The notes beneath the pieces were generated by a model. It was not told the origin of the DNA. It saw only the letters and a list, made by a program, of their open reading frames with translations, and ran no database searches. This document shows positions 47,751-57,862 of a DNA stretch of 64,000 nucleotides, piece by piece. A program made the position numbers and the translations under genes. The DNA comes from an uncultured Bacteroidota bacterium (GTDB lineage: Bacteria; Bacteroidota; Bacteroidia; NS11-12g; UBA9320). Every line of letters begins with the position of its first letter. Position 1 is the stretch's first letter. The stretch lies in contig CAJXIQ010000001.1 in NCBI GenBank assembly GCA_913054375.1, forward strand, positions 1,200 to 65,199, given 5' to 3'.

Positions 47751-47781
47751 AAAAAGCCCTGCACTTTCGTGCAAGGCTTTC
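47751..47781 (-). terminator. Intrinsic terminator after sodA
   Basis: Minus strand AAAGCCTTGCAC-GAAA-GTGCAGGGCTTTTT. Confidence 0.85.
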
Positions 47782-47802
47782 AAGTATTATTAGTATTGAA
47801 GA

Positions 47803-48408
47803 CTATAGAGCGGCAGCAAATCTACTAGCTATCTCATCCCAATTTATCACATTAAAGAATGCTGATACGTAATCGGGTCTTCTGTTTTGGTAGTTAAGGT
47901 AGTATGCGTGCTCCCAAACATCTAGACCTAGAATAGGAGTTCCTCCACAGCCTATTCCTGGCATTAATGGATTATCTTGGTTTGCAGAAGAACATATCTC
48001 TAGCTTACCGTCATTCGCACATAGCCAAGCCCATCCAGAACCAAAACGAGTACCTGCTGCAGTACTAAAAGCTGCTTTAAATTCGTCGAAACTACCAAAA
48101 GCAGAATCAATAGCAGCTGCTAAATCCCCTGTTGGATTACCTCCACCATTCGGGCTCATTGCCGTCCAAAACTGGTTGTGATTGTAGTATCCACCACCGT
48201 TATTTCTTACCGCATTGTTGCTCATATCCATTTCCTTGCAGATGTCTTCTATGCTTTTGCCTGCTAAGTCTGTACCTGCTATGGCTGCATTGAGCTTAGT
48301 AGTGTATCCGTTGTGGTGTTTGGTGTGGTGTATTTCCATAGTACGCGCATCTATGTTTGGCTCTAGTGCATCGTGTGCGTATGGTAGTTGTGGTAATTCG
48401 AATGACAT
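47803..48408 (-). CDS. sodA: Superoxide dismutase, Mn-type signature
   Basis: [28 protein letters not shown] and [11 protein letters not shown] and NQD point to Mn or cambialistic specificity. Confidence 0.93.
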   Translation of the reverse strand: MSFELPQLPYAHDALEPNIDARTMEIHHTKHHNGYTTKLNAAIAGTDLAGKSIEDICKEMDMSNNAVRNNGGGYYNHNQFWTAMSPNGGGNPTGDLAAAIDSAFGSFDEFKAAFSTAAGTRFGSGWAWLCANDGKLEICSSANQDNPLMPGIGCGGTPILGLDVWEHAYYLNYQNRRPDYVSAFFNVINWDEIASRFAAAL

Positions 48409-48482
48409 AATTGTTCTAATTTCTTAAGTTTAAGTTCAAATTTACATCTAGAACATCAGAATAGTAAATTTGTTTAACTAAA

Positions 48483-49055
48483 ATGGAATTACAAGAAGCG
48501 ATAGCAAGCCGCAGGGCTATATTTCCCAAGCAGATGAGCGGCAAACCTGTGCCTCAAGATGTAATAGATAAAATGCTAGAATTGGCAAACTGGGCACCCA
48601 CACACCGCAATACGGAGCCGTGGCGTTTTAAAGTGTACGCAGGCACATCAATGAACGCATTGCTAGACCAATGTAAAGACTGCTATGTAAAAAGTACTCC
48701 GGCAGAGAAGTTTAAAAGCGTAAAAATAGAAAAGATAGAAGAACGAAAACAGCAAGTAAGTCACATCGTAGCTATCTGTATGCAGCGAAACGAAATACTC
48801 CCCGAGTGGGAAGAAATAGCTGCTACTGCAATGGCCGTGCAAAACATGTGGCTAGTATTAGGTGAAACCAACACCTATGGTGGCTACTGGAGCTCACCGG
48901 CGTATGCTATGGGAGAAGATTTTAGGCAATTTTTACAGCTAGAAGACGACGAGCATTGCCTGGGCTTTTTCTATGCAGGAACGATAGACAAAGATGCTAT
49001 AAACGGCGGAGGCAAGAGAGGGGATTGGAGGGAGAAGGTTAGGTTTGAGGGATGA
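48483..49055 (+). CDS. Nitroreductase family protein (YdjA-like)
   Basis: IASRRAI, WAPTHRNTEPWRF, AVQNMWL and GYWSS. Confidence 0.9.
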   Translation: MELQEAIASRRAIFPKQMSGKPVPQDVIDKMLELANWAPTHRNTEPWRFKVYAGTSMNALLDQCKDCYVKSTPAEKFKSVKIEKIEERKQQVSHIVAICMQRNEILPEWEEIAATAMAVQNMWLVLGETNTYGGYWSSPAYAMGEDFRQFLQLEDDEHCLGFFYAGTIDKDAINGGGKRGDWREKVRFEG

Positions 49056-49212
49056 CATTAGATAGTAGTCTCAGGCGATACGTGTTTTTTGAGCAACTTA
49101 TAGGCTATGCAATAAGTTCTGTTATCGCATTTAGCAGAACTAAAGCAGAGTTGTTCAAGCAACAGCCCTAAACACTTGACTAAAAACTTTAAATCAGTAC
49201 TATATTTGCCCA

Positions 49213-50688
49213 ATGTCTTCTAGACTCCATATATACAACACGATTACCAAGCAAAGCGAAGAGTTCAAACCCATAGAACCGCCTTTTGTGGGAATGTATC
49301 TATGTGGTCCCACTGTTTATGGAGACCCACATTTGGGGCATAGCCGCGGTGCGGTTATGATGGATGTGCTGTTCAGATACCTTACACACTCAGACTATAA
49401 AGTTCGCTACGTGAGAAACATCACAGACGTAGGTCATCTACTCAATGATGCAGATGAAGGTGAAGATAAAATAGGAAAGATTGCCAAAGCTAACAAGGTA
49501 GAACCCATGGAAGTGGCTCAGCAATATACCAACGCCTATCACCAAGCTTTACAAAAAATGAACGTACTCCCTCCAAGTATAGAGCCTAGAGCGAGTGGTC
49601 ATATCATAGAGCAGATAGAGATGGTTTCAGAAATCATAGAAAATGGTTTTGCTTATGAGAGCAACGGGTCCGTATATTTTGATGTATTAAAATATGCAGA
49701 AACAAATGATTACGGTAAACTTAGTGGTCGAAAGATAGAAGATTTAATAGCAGGAGCTGGCGAAGAGCGCCGAAGCCTAACAGGCCAAGAAGAGAAGAAA
49801 AACCCCAATGACTTTGCTCTTTGGAAGAAGGCTACACCAGAGCACATTATGAAATGGAATAGTCCGTGGAGTGAAGGGTTTCCCGGTTGGCATATAGAGT
49901 GCTCAGCCATGAGCGACAAGTACTTGGGAAAGCAATTTGATATACACGCAGGAGGAATGGACTTGCTGTTTCCGCACCACGAGAGTGAGATGGCACAGAG
50001 TCATTCTTGCGGAAGGTCTACGCCCAACTATTGGATGCACAACAATATGATCACCATTAACGGGCAGAAAATGGCCAAAAGCTTAAATAATGGTGTTTTG
50101 ATAGAAGAACTCTTTAGCGGAGATCATCACTTGCTAGAGCAAGCGTACACGCCAATGACACTGAGGTTTTTCTTGCTGCAGGCCCACTACCGCAGTACCC
50201 AAGATTTTAGCAACGAGGCACTACAAGCAGCAGAAAAGGGATACAAACGCTTGATGAATGCCGCTTCGAAAACAGAGACCTTACCTACTTCAGACGTTAG
50301 TACCATGAATATAGCTGAATGGAGCGAAAAGCTCTACGCTCAGCTGAATAATGACCTTGCCACTCCACAGGTAATAGCAACACTTTTTGAAGCTGCAAAA
50401 TGGATAAATGAGGTAGACGCTAAGAAGATGAAAATCGCAGCAGCAGACAAGGAGTTGCTACATACTACATTTCATAACTTTACTTTCCGTATTCTAGGAC
50501 TAGCATCTGAAGATGCGGGAGACAACGAAGCCATGGATGGCGTTATGAATATGGTACTAGACATACGTAAATCTGCCAAAGAAAACAAAGACTGGACAAC
50601 TGCAGATAAGATTCGCGATGGTTTAAAAGAAGCGGGCGTAGAGGTAATGGACGGTAAAGAGGGAAGCACTTATAAATTGAACCAATGA
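49213..50688 (+). CDS. cysS: Cysteine-tRNA ligase
   Basis: CGPTVY, HLGH, DFALWK, PGWHIECSAM, FPHHE and KMAKS. Confidence 0.98.
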   Translation: MSSRLHIYNTITKQSEEFKPIEPPFVGMYLCGPTVYGDPHLGHSRGAVMMDVLFRYLTHSDYKVRYVRNITDVGHLLNDADEGEDKIGKIAKANKVEPMEVAQQYTNAYHQALQKMNVLPPSIEPRASGHIIEQIEMVSEIIENGFAYESNGSVYFDVLKYAETNDYGKLSGRKIEDLIAGAGEERRSLTGQEEKKNPNDFALWKKATPEHIMKWNSPWSEGFPGWHIECSAMSDKYLGKQFDIHAGGMDLLFPHHESEMAQSHSCGRSTPNYWMHNNMITINGQKMAKSLNNGVLIEELFSGDHHLLEQAYTPMTLRFFLLQAHYRSTQDFSNEALQAAEKGYKRLMNAASKTETLPTSDVSTMNIAEWSEKLYAQLNNDLATPQVIATLFEAAKWINEVDAKKMKIAAADKELLHTTFHNFTFRILGLASEDAGDNEAMDGVMNMVLDIRKSAKENKDWTTADKIRDGLKEAGVEVMDGKEGSTYKLNQ

Positions 50689-51659
50689 AAACAGTAACTA
50701 AAATAGCAGTTCTATCTTTTCTGCTTTTAGCCTTTTCTGCTTGCTCCAATTCTACTACGACCGAAACAAAAAAACCAAGTAGGCCAAGCAAAGCGTCCAC
50801 TGAGGTACTGTTTGATGCCGATAGTGCATACCAATATGTACAAGAACAAGTAGATTTTGGACCGCGTGTGCCGGGTACTGCGGCTCATGCCAAAACAGCC
50901 ATTTACTTGCAACAGAAACTAGCACGGTTTTGCGATACAGCTTTCACGCAGTACGGTACCATGCCTACAGGCAGAGGAGCTAATGTAGCCATTAAGAATA
51001 TTATAGGGTCCGTAAACCCACAAAAAACTAAGCGAGTATTGCTGTGTGCCCATTGGGATACGCGTCCTATGGCAGACCAAGATAAAGAGGACCCCACTAC
51101 TCCTGCAGACGGTGCCAATGACGGTGCCAGTGGGGTGGGTGTACTCATAGAAATTGCTCGTCAGTTACAAGCACAGCGACCAGATGCAGGTGTAGACATT
51201 GTGTTGTTTGATGCAGAAGATATGGGCGATAGCCGAGGTGCTCCTTCTACGTGGTGCTTGGGCTCTCAGTATTGGTCTAAGACACCACACAGACCCAACT
51301 ATGTAGCCCGTTTTGGCATATTGCTAGATATGGTAGGAGCAGAGAATGCAACGTTTGCCATAGAAGGGAACTCGTGGCAATATGCTCAACCGTATGTCAA
51401 AAAAGTTTGGAATACCGCATTGAGCCTAGGTCATGCAAATCATTTTGTAAATTATAAGGGAGGTGAAATACTAGACGACCATTTTTTTATAAATACGATA
51501 CGCGGCATACCTACGCTAGATATTATACAATATGATGCAGCTTCGGGCGCTGGTTTTGGAGATTATTGGCACACACACGATGACAATATGAGCGGCATCA
51601 ATAAGAACACGCTAAATGCCGTAGGAAAAACGGTATTTAAGGTGGTGATGGATTTGTAG
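50685..51659 (+). CDS. M28-family lipoprotein, probable glutaminyl cyclase
   Basis: Lipobox FSA-C; FGPRVPG, AHWDTRP, GANDGASG, FDAED, WCLGSQYW, LLDMVG, DDH and WHT. Confidence 0.8.
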   Translation: MKTVTKIAVLSFLLLAFSACSNSTTTETKKPSRPSKASTEVLFDADSAYQYVQEQVDFGPRVPGTAAHAKTAIYLQQKLARFCDTAFTQYGTMPTGRGANVAIKNIIGSVNPQKTKRVLLCAHWDTRPMADQDKEDPTTPADGANDGASGVGVLIEIARQLQAQRPDAGVDIVLFDAEDMGDSRGAPSTWCLGSQYWSKTPHRPNYVARFGILLDMVGAENATFAIEGNSWQYAQPYVKKVWNTALSLGHANHFVNYKGGEILDDHFFINTIRGIPTLDIIQYDAASGAGFGDYWHTHDDNMSGINKNTLNAVGKTVFKVVMDL

Positions 51660-51700
51660 TTTTTATATCAACTCAATCGTACCCTTTTCTATACCAAAAT

Positions 51701-52669
51701 CTAGCCTCTTATTATTACAAAGGCAATATAGCCAATGTAGCAAGTTAAGAAAAGTATTCCTGTAGGTTTCCCTATTTGCATTTTACCTTTTTTGCCTCTC
51801 ATTATGCTCAGGATAATAAGGCAAGACGCGACAATAAGCACAATAACGTCTGTGTTGATGGCTGGGTCGTATTTCATTGGATTGATGATGGCACTGAGAC
51901 CAAGTACCCATAGTAGGTTGAAAATATTGGAACCAATTACGTTAGCGATTGCAATATCTGTATTTTTCTTATAAGCTGCCATAGCAGAAGTAACCAATTC
52001 TGGTAGCGATGTGCCTATGGCTACTACTGTAAGACCTATCATATTTTCACTCAGACCAAACTCTTGTGCAATGGCTACAGCTCCATCCACTACCCATTTT
52101 CCTCCTAAAAAAAGTCCGGTCATTCCGAGTAGAACAAATAGGATAGACTTGCCCATGAGCAAGTCCTTTTCTGGAGCATCCTCTATCATATCTGTCCTTC
52201 CTCCGCGAGCAAGTTTGATGATGTACAATATGAAAAGTCCAAAGAAAAAGAGAAATATAACACCATCAAATCGACTGATCATATGTCCATATTCTGGATA
52301 AAAGATTGTAGCATTGGCTGCAAAGGCAACTATCAGCAGTGCCAGCATTGAGTACGGTATTTCAGAGAATAAGGTGCTCTCTTTTATTTTGAGCGGGAAA
52401 ATACAAGCTGCTATGCCGAGTATCAGTAATACATTGGCGATGTTAGATCCTATTACATTGCCAATTGCAATATCAGAGGCGTCGGAGGCACTTGCCAGAA
52501 TATTTACAATCAACTCTGGCATACTTGTACCCATACTTACTATGGTAAGGCCTATGACTAGGTCGGATACGTTGTATTTTTTGGCAATAGAAGCAGAACC
52601 AGCAACCAACCAATCAGCCCCTTTAACTAGAGACACAAACCCAAGGATAAAAAGTAGGTAGATAAACAT
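51701..52669 (-). CDS. Calcium/sodium antiporter (CaCA, YrbG-like)
   Basis: Two alpha repeats: GTSMPE..GNVIGSN and GTSLPE..NVIGSN. Confidence 0.93.
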   Translation of the reverse strand: MFIYLLFILGFVSLVKGADWLVAGSASIAKKYNVSDLVIGLTIVSMGTSMPELIVNILASASDASDIAIGNVIGSNIANVLLILGIAACIFPLKIKESTLFSEIPYSMLALLIVAFAANATIFYPEYGHMISRFDGVIFLFFFGLFILYIIKLARGGRTDMIEDAPEKDLLMGKSILFVLLGMTGLFLGGKWVVDGAVAIAQEFGLSENMIGLTVVAIGTSLPELVTSAMAAYKKNTDIAIANVIGSNIFNLLWVLGLSAIINPMKYDPAINTDVIVLIVASCLIILSIMRGKKGKMQIGKPTGILFLTCYIGYIAFVIIRG

Positions 52670-52799
52670 TCAGGTGCAAATATGTCGAAATTTCTTTGGT
52701 CGACAATTTTTGCTCTTCGTCTAAATTACGGACAAATTTATTTTGGGTTAATATCAAACCAAACAATACATCATACGTTTGTGATAACAAAAAGAAAAT

Positions 52800-55175
52800 A
52801 TGAGAGGTCCCATATTAGTCACCCTATTACTGCTTACGATTTTGGGTTTTGCACAAGATTTTACCATAAGCGGCCGAGTGAAAGACGCATCAAATGGAGA
52901 AACGCTGCTGGGCGCCACCATATTAGTAGAAGGTGGAGGCGGTGCTATCACCAACGAATACGGATTTTATTCCATAACCTTGGATGCCGGCACGTATACT
53001 GTTACGTATAAGTACTTGGGTTATAGCGATATAGAAGAGACAGTGGTTCTAAACGAGAATAAGACACTGAATATAGAGCTTGGCGAAAAAGCCAATGAGA
53101 TAGGTACGGCTGTAGTAAGTGCAAAGGCGTTAGAGAAAAGAGTAGAGAACAAAAAGATAAGTGTTGTAAAGCTAGAAACCGCTAAAATCAAGGAAATTCC
53201 GGTGATTTTTGGTGAGGTTGATATCCTCAAAACCATAACATTATTGCCGGGTATACAGTCTGCAGGCGAGGGAAATTCGGGATTCAATGTGCGTGGTGGT
53301 TCTCAAGATCAAAATTTGATATTGCTAGACGAGGCAACCGTTTATAATGCCTCGCACCTATTGGGCTTTTTTAGTGTCTTTAATGGAGATGCAGTCAAAG
53401 ATCTGGAGGTTTACAAAGGAGGTATTCCCGCCAAATATGGAGGACGTTTGTCGTCAATTGTAGATATTAAAATGAGAGACGGAAATGCCAAGAAATTTGC
53501 GGCCATCGGCGGTATTGGTACTATCTCTAGTAGGCTTACTTTGGAAGGACCTATTGTAAAAGACAAATCAAGTTTCATGATTGCAGGACGTAGAAGTTAT
53601 GCAGATCTATTCCTGCCTCTGGCACCAGACGAAAGCATTCAAAACAGTAAACTGTTTTTTTATGATTTGAATTTAAAGGCGAACTATGAAATAAGCGACA
53701 AAGATAGAATATATGTGAGTGGATACTTTGGTAGAGATGTACTTGGACTTAGCGAGTTGTTCGCTATCAACTGGGGAAATGCCACTGCCACACTTAGATG
53801 GAACCATTTAGTTAACGAAAAGATGTTTGTCAATACCTCGTTAGTTTACAGCGACTTCAATTACGGGGTGGATATAAATTTTGCCGAAAATGCAAGTTTT
53901 GGACTGGATCAAGCGATTAATGACATCTATATCAAGTCAGACTGGACTAATTTTCTAAGTCAGAACAGTAAGTTAAACTTTGGAGGTCAGTTAATTTATC
54001 ACCGTTTTAATCCAGGACTGTTTGCCGCAAACAATGAAGAGTCTGCTGTAGTTTTTCAAGAAACACAAATCGAAAAAAGGAAAGCATTGGAAAGCGGGTG
54101 GTACATAGATCACGAGTACAAACACAGCACAAGGCTAAATTTTAGGTACGGACTTAGATTATCTACTTTTAGCAATATTGGAGGCACAGAGTATGCCTAT
54201 ACCAAAAACCGTGAAACAAATGAACCCATAAGCGAGCTTACAGACACTACCGTATATGGTGCAGACGAGTTGTACAACACCTACGCGGGGTTAGAGCCAA
54301 GGGCATCCATAAGTTATAATCTTACCAATTCAATGGCACTCAAAGGGTCGTATAACCGCACTTTTCAGTACGTGCAGCAAGCTACTAATACATCTTCTTC
54401 TTTCCCTACGGATCAATGGTTTAGTGTAAACAAAAACATAAAACCACAGCGAGCAGATCAAGTTGCCTTCGGTCTTTTCAAAAACTTTGACAGCGGACTA
54501 GAAACGTCAGCGGAAGTCTATTATAAATGGATGAACAATCAGATAGATTACCGGGATAACGCACAACTGGCATTTAATGAAAACTTGGATGGCGAACTTC
54601 TTACGGGAGAGGGATGGGCATATGGCGCAGAGTTTTATGTGGCCAAAACAGAAGGCAATTCATCAGGATTTATTTCATATACTTGGGCAAAAACCATGCG
54701 TCAAATAAACGGTATAAGCGGTGACAATCCGTATGTAGCTGGTTTTGACAGAAGGCATAATCTATCGCTTGTCTTTACTCAAAAATTTAGTAAACGACTG
54801 TTAGCAACAGCTTCTTTTGTTTTTGCAAGCGGTCAGCCGCTTACCACTCCAGTAGGTAAATACTTTTATAACGGAGAGTGGCAAACCAATTATAACGATC
54901 AAGAAAGAAACAACTTTAGATTACCGGCCTACCACAGAGCAGATATAGGTGTTACGCTGAAGGGTAAGGAAAAACCAAACAAGCGATTAAAAAGCAATTG
55001 GAACTTCTCAGTATATAACCTGTACAATAGAGAAAACCCGTATGCACTTTACTTTAGGGAGTTAAACGATGCAGATTTAGACAAGTTTCCAGATGCGCAA
55101 GTTGGTAGTACGGCGGCACTGCAAACAACACTATTTAAAATAATACCTGCTATCACCTGGAACTTTGAATTTTAA
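52800..55175 (+). CDS. TonB-dependent outer-membrane receptor
   Basis: Signal peptide then Gln; carboxypeptidase-regulatory-like N-domain; plug LPGI..NVRGG..KYGGRLSS; terminal WNFEF. Confidence 0.93.
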   Translation: MRGPILVTLLLLTILGFAQDFTISGRVKDASNGETLLGATILVEGGGGAITNEYGFYSITLDAGTYTVTYKYLGYSDIEETVVLNENKTLNIELGEKANEIGTAVVSAKALEKRVENKKISVVKLETAKIKEIPVIFGEVDILKTITLLPGIQSAGEGNSGFNVRGGSQDQNLILLDEATVYNASHLLGFFSVFNGDAVKDLEVYKGGIPAKYGGRLSSIVDIKMRDGNAKKFAAIGGIGTISSRLTLEGPIVKDKSSFMIAGRRSYADLFLPLAPDESIQNSKLFFYDLNLKANYEISDKDRIYVSGYFGRDVLGLSELFAINWGNATATLRWNHLVNEKMFVNTSLVYSDFNYGVDINFAENASFGLDQAINDIYIKSDWTNFLSQNSKLNFGGQLIYHRFNPGLFAANNEESAVVFQETQIEKRKALESGWYIDHEYKHSTRLNFRYGLRLSTFSNIGGTEYAYTKNRETNEPISELTDTTVYGADELYNTYAGLEPRASISYNLTNSMALKGSYNRTFQYVQQATNTSSSFPTDQWFSVNKNIKPQRADQVAFGLFKNFDSGLETSAEVYYKWMNNQIDYRDNAQLAFNENLDGELLTGEGWAYGAEFYVAKTEGNSSGFISYTWAKTMRQINGISGDNPYVAGFDRRHNLSLVFTQKFSKRLLATASFVFASGQPLTTPVGKYFYNGEWQTNYNDQERNNFRLPAYHRADIGVTLKGKEKPNKRLKSNWNFSVYNLYNRENPYALYFRELNDADLDKFPDAQVGSTAALQTTLFKIIPAITWNFEF

Positions 55176-55185
55176 GATATATTCT

Positions 55186-56031
55186 ATGAAAAAATTAATA
55201 GCATACACTGTTGCGGCTATTTTATTTACTGCTTGCGAAAAGATAGTAGATATAGAAATACCCTCAGAAGAACCTCGCCTAGTTATAGAGAGTGAGATTT
55301 ATAATATCAAGGACATTTGGAAAGTAAAGCTCTCTAGTAGCCAACCATACTTTGATCAAGACAGTGCCGAGGATGTATCTACCGCTTCTGTATTTATAAC
55401 AGAACGTGGCGGCGACACAGTGTTCTTAAACTATAGTGATACAGGAATGTATGTATCTGCAGATAGTCATCAATGTATTGTAGGAAATACGTATGAACTA
55501 AACGTAGCCTATAAAGGGCAAGTGTATAAAGCAGCAGAAGAACTCCAAAATGCTTTACCTATCGATGAGCTTTTATCCTTCTTTTTGCCTCCAAACGACA
55601 GGTCTTTTCCTACCGGAAATTATGTTTTCGTACAAGGACAAATAGATAACACAAAGAAGAATTTTTATCTTTTTAAAACGTATAGAAATGACACACTCAA
55701 ATCGAGCGATTTGGATAATGACGAGTTTGGGTCTGTATCTCTTCTCAATTCATTTTTTAATGTGAATGATATTTTGGGCGAGATTTCTAGAAACAAACTT
55801 CCAAGACCAATATTGTTTGATGTAGTAGAGGGCGATACCATTGACGTAGAACAATTTGCCATTACAGAGGAATATTTTCAATTTTTGTTTGATCTTAGTG
55901 CGCAACAATCAAGAAGTGGCAATCCATTTGATCCTCCCCCAGCCAACCCCAACAATAACATCAGCAATAACGGTTTGGGCTACTTCAGCGTCGTACATCT
56001 TGAGAAAAAAAGATTAGTGGTAGAGGAATAA
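55186..56031 (+). CDS. DUF4249-family lipoprotein (TonB receptor partner)
   Basis: Start MKKLIA at 55186; lipobox FTA-C-EK; LVIE; C-terminal PP..NI..GLGYF. Confidence 0.82.
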   Translation: MKKLIAYTVAAILFTACEKIVDIEIPSEEPRLVIESEIYNIKDIWKVKLSSSQPYFDQDSAEDVSTASVFITERGGDTVFLNYSDTGMYVSADSHQCIVGNTYELNVAYKGQVYKAAEELQNALPIDELLSFFLPPNDRSFPTGNYVFVQGQIDNTKKNFYLFKTYRNDTLKSSDLDNDEFGSVSLLNSFFNVNDILGEISRNKLPRPILFDVVEGDTIDVEQFAITEEYFQFLFDLSAQQSRSGNPFDPPPANPNNNISNNGLGYFSVVHLEKKRLVVEE

Positions 56032-56034
56032 AGC

Positions 56035-56487
56035 TTACTCGTTCCTCATCTTGTCGAGCAGCGTATTGAGTTGCTCATATTCGATATCGCTTAAGTTGCT
56101 ATGTGCGTTGATGATCTCATCTATCAATTGGCTAAGTACGATGAGTATATCGATTCCCTCTTGTGTGAGTGAAATATCTACTTGGCGTTTATCGTAAGCA
56201 CAAGCAGCACGCACTACTAGATTTTTATTGTTTAGTTTATCTACTAGTCTAGATGCGTTAGACATTTTGTCCACCATACGCTTGGCTATTTCGTTTATAG
56301 CAACTGCTTTTGGGTGTTGCCCTTTTAGAATACGCAACACATTGAATTGCTGTATGGACACGTTGTGCTTTTTTAATGCAGTATTCATAAGTCCGTAGAT
56401 ATGACTGTGCGTGTACGAGACATTAACAAACGCTTTCTCTGCTTGATTTTTAAACTTGTCTTGCCGTATGTGTTTTTCTAAGCTCAT
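56035..56487 (-). CDS. MarR-family transcriptional regulator
   Basis: QQFNVLRILKG, SNASRLVDKL and DKRQVDISLT. Confidence 0.9.
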   Translation of the reverse strand: MSLEKHIRQDKFKNQAEKAFVNVSYTHSHIYGLMNTALKKHNVSIQQFNVLRILKGQHPKAVAINEIAKRMVDKMSNASRLVDKLNNKNLVVRAACAYDKRQVDISLTQEGIDILIVLSQLIDEIINAHSNLSDIEYEQLNTLLDKMRNE

Positions 56488-56614
56488 CAATTCTTTTAAA
56501 CATACAAATATGCCAAATTGTTGCTAACTGGATTATTTTACTCGCGATTGTGGTCATTTTTTTCCTCAAATTGAATAAAACCATTCATTTTTGCAGCTGC
56601 AAATCAAAAGTATT

Positions 56615-57862
56615 ATGATGTCAAGAGTATTCATCTTTGTTGTTTTTCTCCTTCTATTTTTCGCAATGGATATGTATGTTTTTCAGGGGTATAAATTATT
56701 GGTAAGAAGGTGGGCTCCGAATTATGGCATGCTGCTCAATATTTTGTATTGGGCCGTTCCTGTAACGCTATTGCTGCTTATCATTGGCACCTGGTTATTT
56801 TCTTCCGATCCCACCAAAAACGGAATAATGATGTGGTCCTCAAGCATATTGTTTGGCCTTTTCATTGCCAAGTTTGTATGGGTGGTGTTCATGGTATTAG
56901 ACGATATCGTACGATTGGTTAAACTTGGTGGTCAAAAAGTAAAAGGAGATACGGAAGGCACGCACATAACGCGTTCTCGATTTATTATTACCACAGGTGC
57001 GTTGCTTGCTGGCACTGTATTTGGCACTATGCTATACGGCATTGCCAATGGAGCACACAACTACACGGTAATGCGTCGCAAGCTGAAGTTAAAGAAATTA
57101 CCGAAAGCTTTTCAAGGGTTTAAAATCGTACAAATATCAGACGTACACTCAGGCAGTTTTTGGAGCAAAGAAGGCGTAAAACGCGGTATTCAAATGATAC
57201 AAGATCAGAAGCCAGATGCTATATTTTTCACCGGAGACCTAGTCAATAGTAAATCCAGTGAGTTTGACGATTTTAAAGAAATATTTAGCAAGCTAGAGGC
57301 CCCCTATGGTGTATTTTCTGTACTGGGAAATCATGATTATGGAGATTACTACAGGTGGCCAGATAAATCGGGAGTAACCAAGGAGCAAAACTTACAAAAA
57401 CTAATAGACCATCAAGCTGATATGGGGTGGAACCTTCTCATGAATGAGAGTAGAGTATTGGAAAAAGATGGCGAAAAAATCGCCGTATTAGGTGTAGAGA
57501 ACTGGAGTGGACATCTCCGTTTTCCAAAATATGGCAAACTAAACGAAGCTTATGCAGGAGTGGCAGAGATAGAAAACAAATTGCTGCTGTCTCATGACCC
57601 AAGCCACTGGCGAGCAGAGGTGCTAAAAGACTACCCAGCTATAGATGCCATGTTTGCTGGTCATACGCATGGCATGCAGTTTGGTATAGACACCAAATAT
57701 TATAAGTGGAGCCCTGTGAAGTACCAATACCCAGAGTGGGCAGACCTATACGAAGAAAACGGGCAATACCTCTATGTGAATAGGGGTTTTGGCTACCTAG
57801 GATACCCAGGTAGAGTAGGTTTCTTGCCAGAGATTACAGTGTTTGAGCTAGAGACTGCTTAG
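56615..57862 (+). CDS. Membrane-bound metallophosphoesterase (YkuE-like)
   Basis: N-terminal TM helices; SDVH, TGDLVN, GNHD, LSHDP and GHTH. Confidence 0.9.
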   Translation: MMSRVFIFVVFLLLFFAMDMYVFQGYKLLVRRWAPNYGMLLNILYWAVPVTLLLLIIGTWLFSSDPTKNGIMMWSSSILFGLFIAKFVWVVFMVLDDIVRLVKLGGQKVKGDTEGTHITRSRFIITTGALLAGTVFGTMLYGIANGAHNYTVMRRKLKLKKLPKAFQGFKIVQISDVHSGSFWSKEGVKRGIQMIQDQKPDAIFFTGDLVNSKSSEFDDFKEIFSKLEAPYGVFSVLGNHDYGDYYRWPDKSGVTKEQNLQKLIDHQADMGWNLLMNESRVLEKDGEKIAVLGVENWSGHLRFPKYGKLNEAYAGVAEIENKLLLSHDPSHWRAEVLKDYPAIDAMFAGHTHGMQFGIDTKYYKWSPVKYQYPEWADLYEENGQYLYVNRGFGYLGYPGRVGFLPEITVFELETA

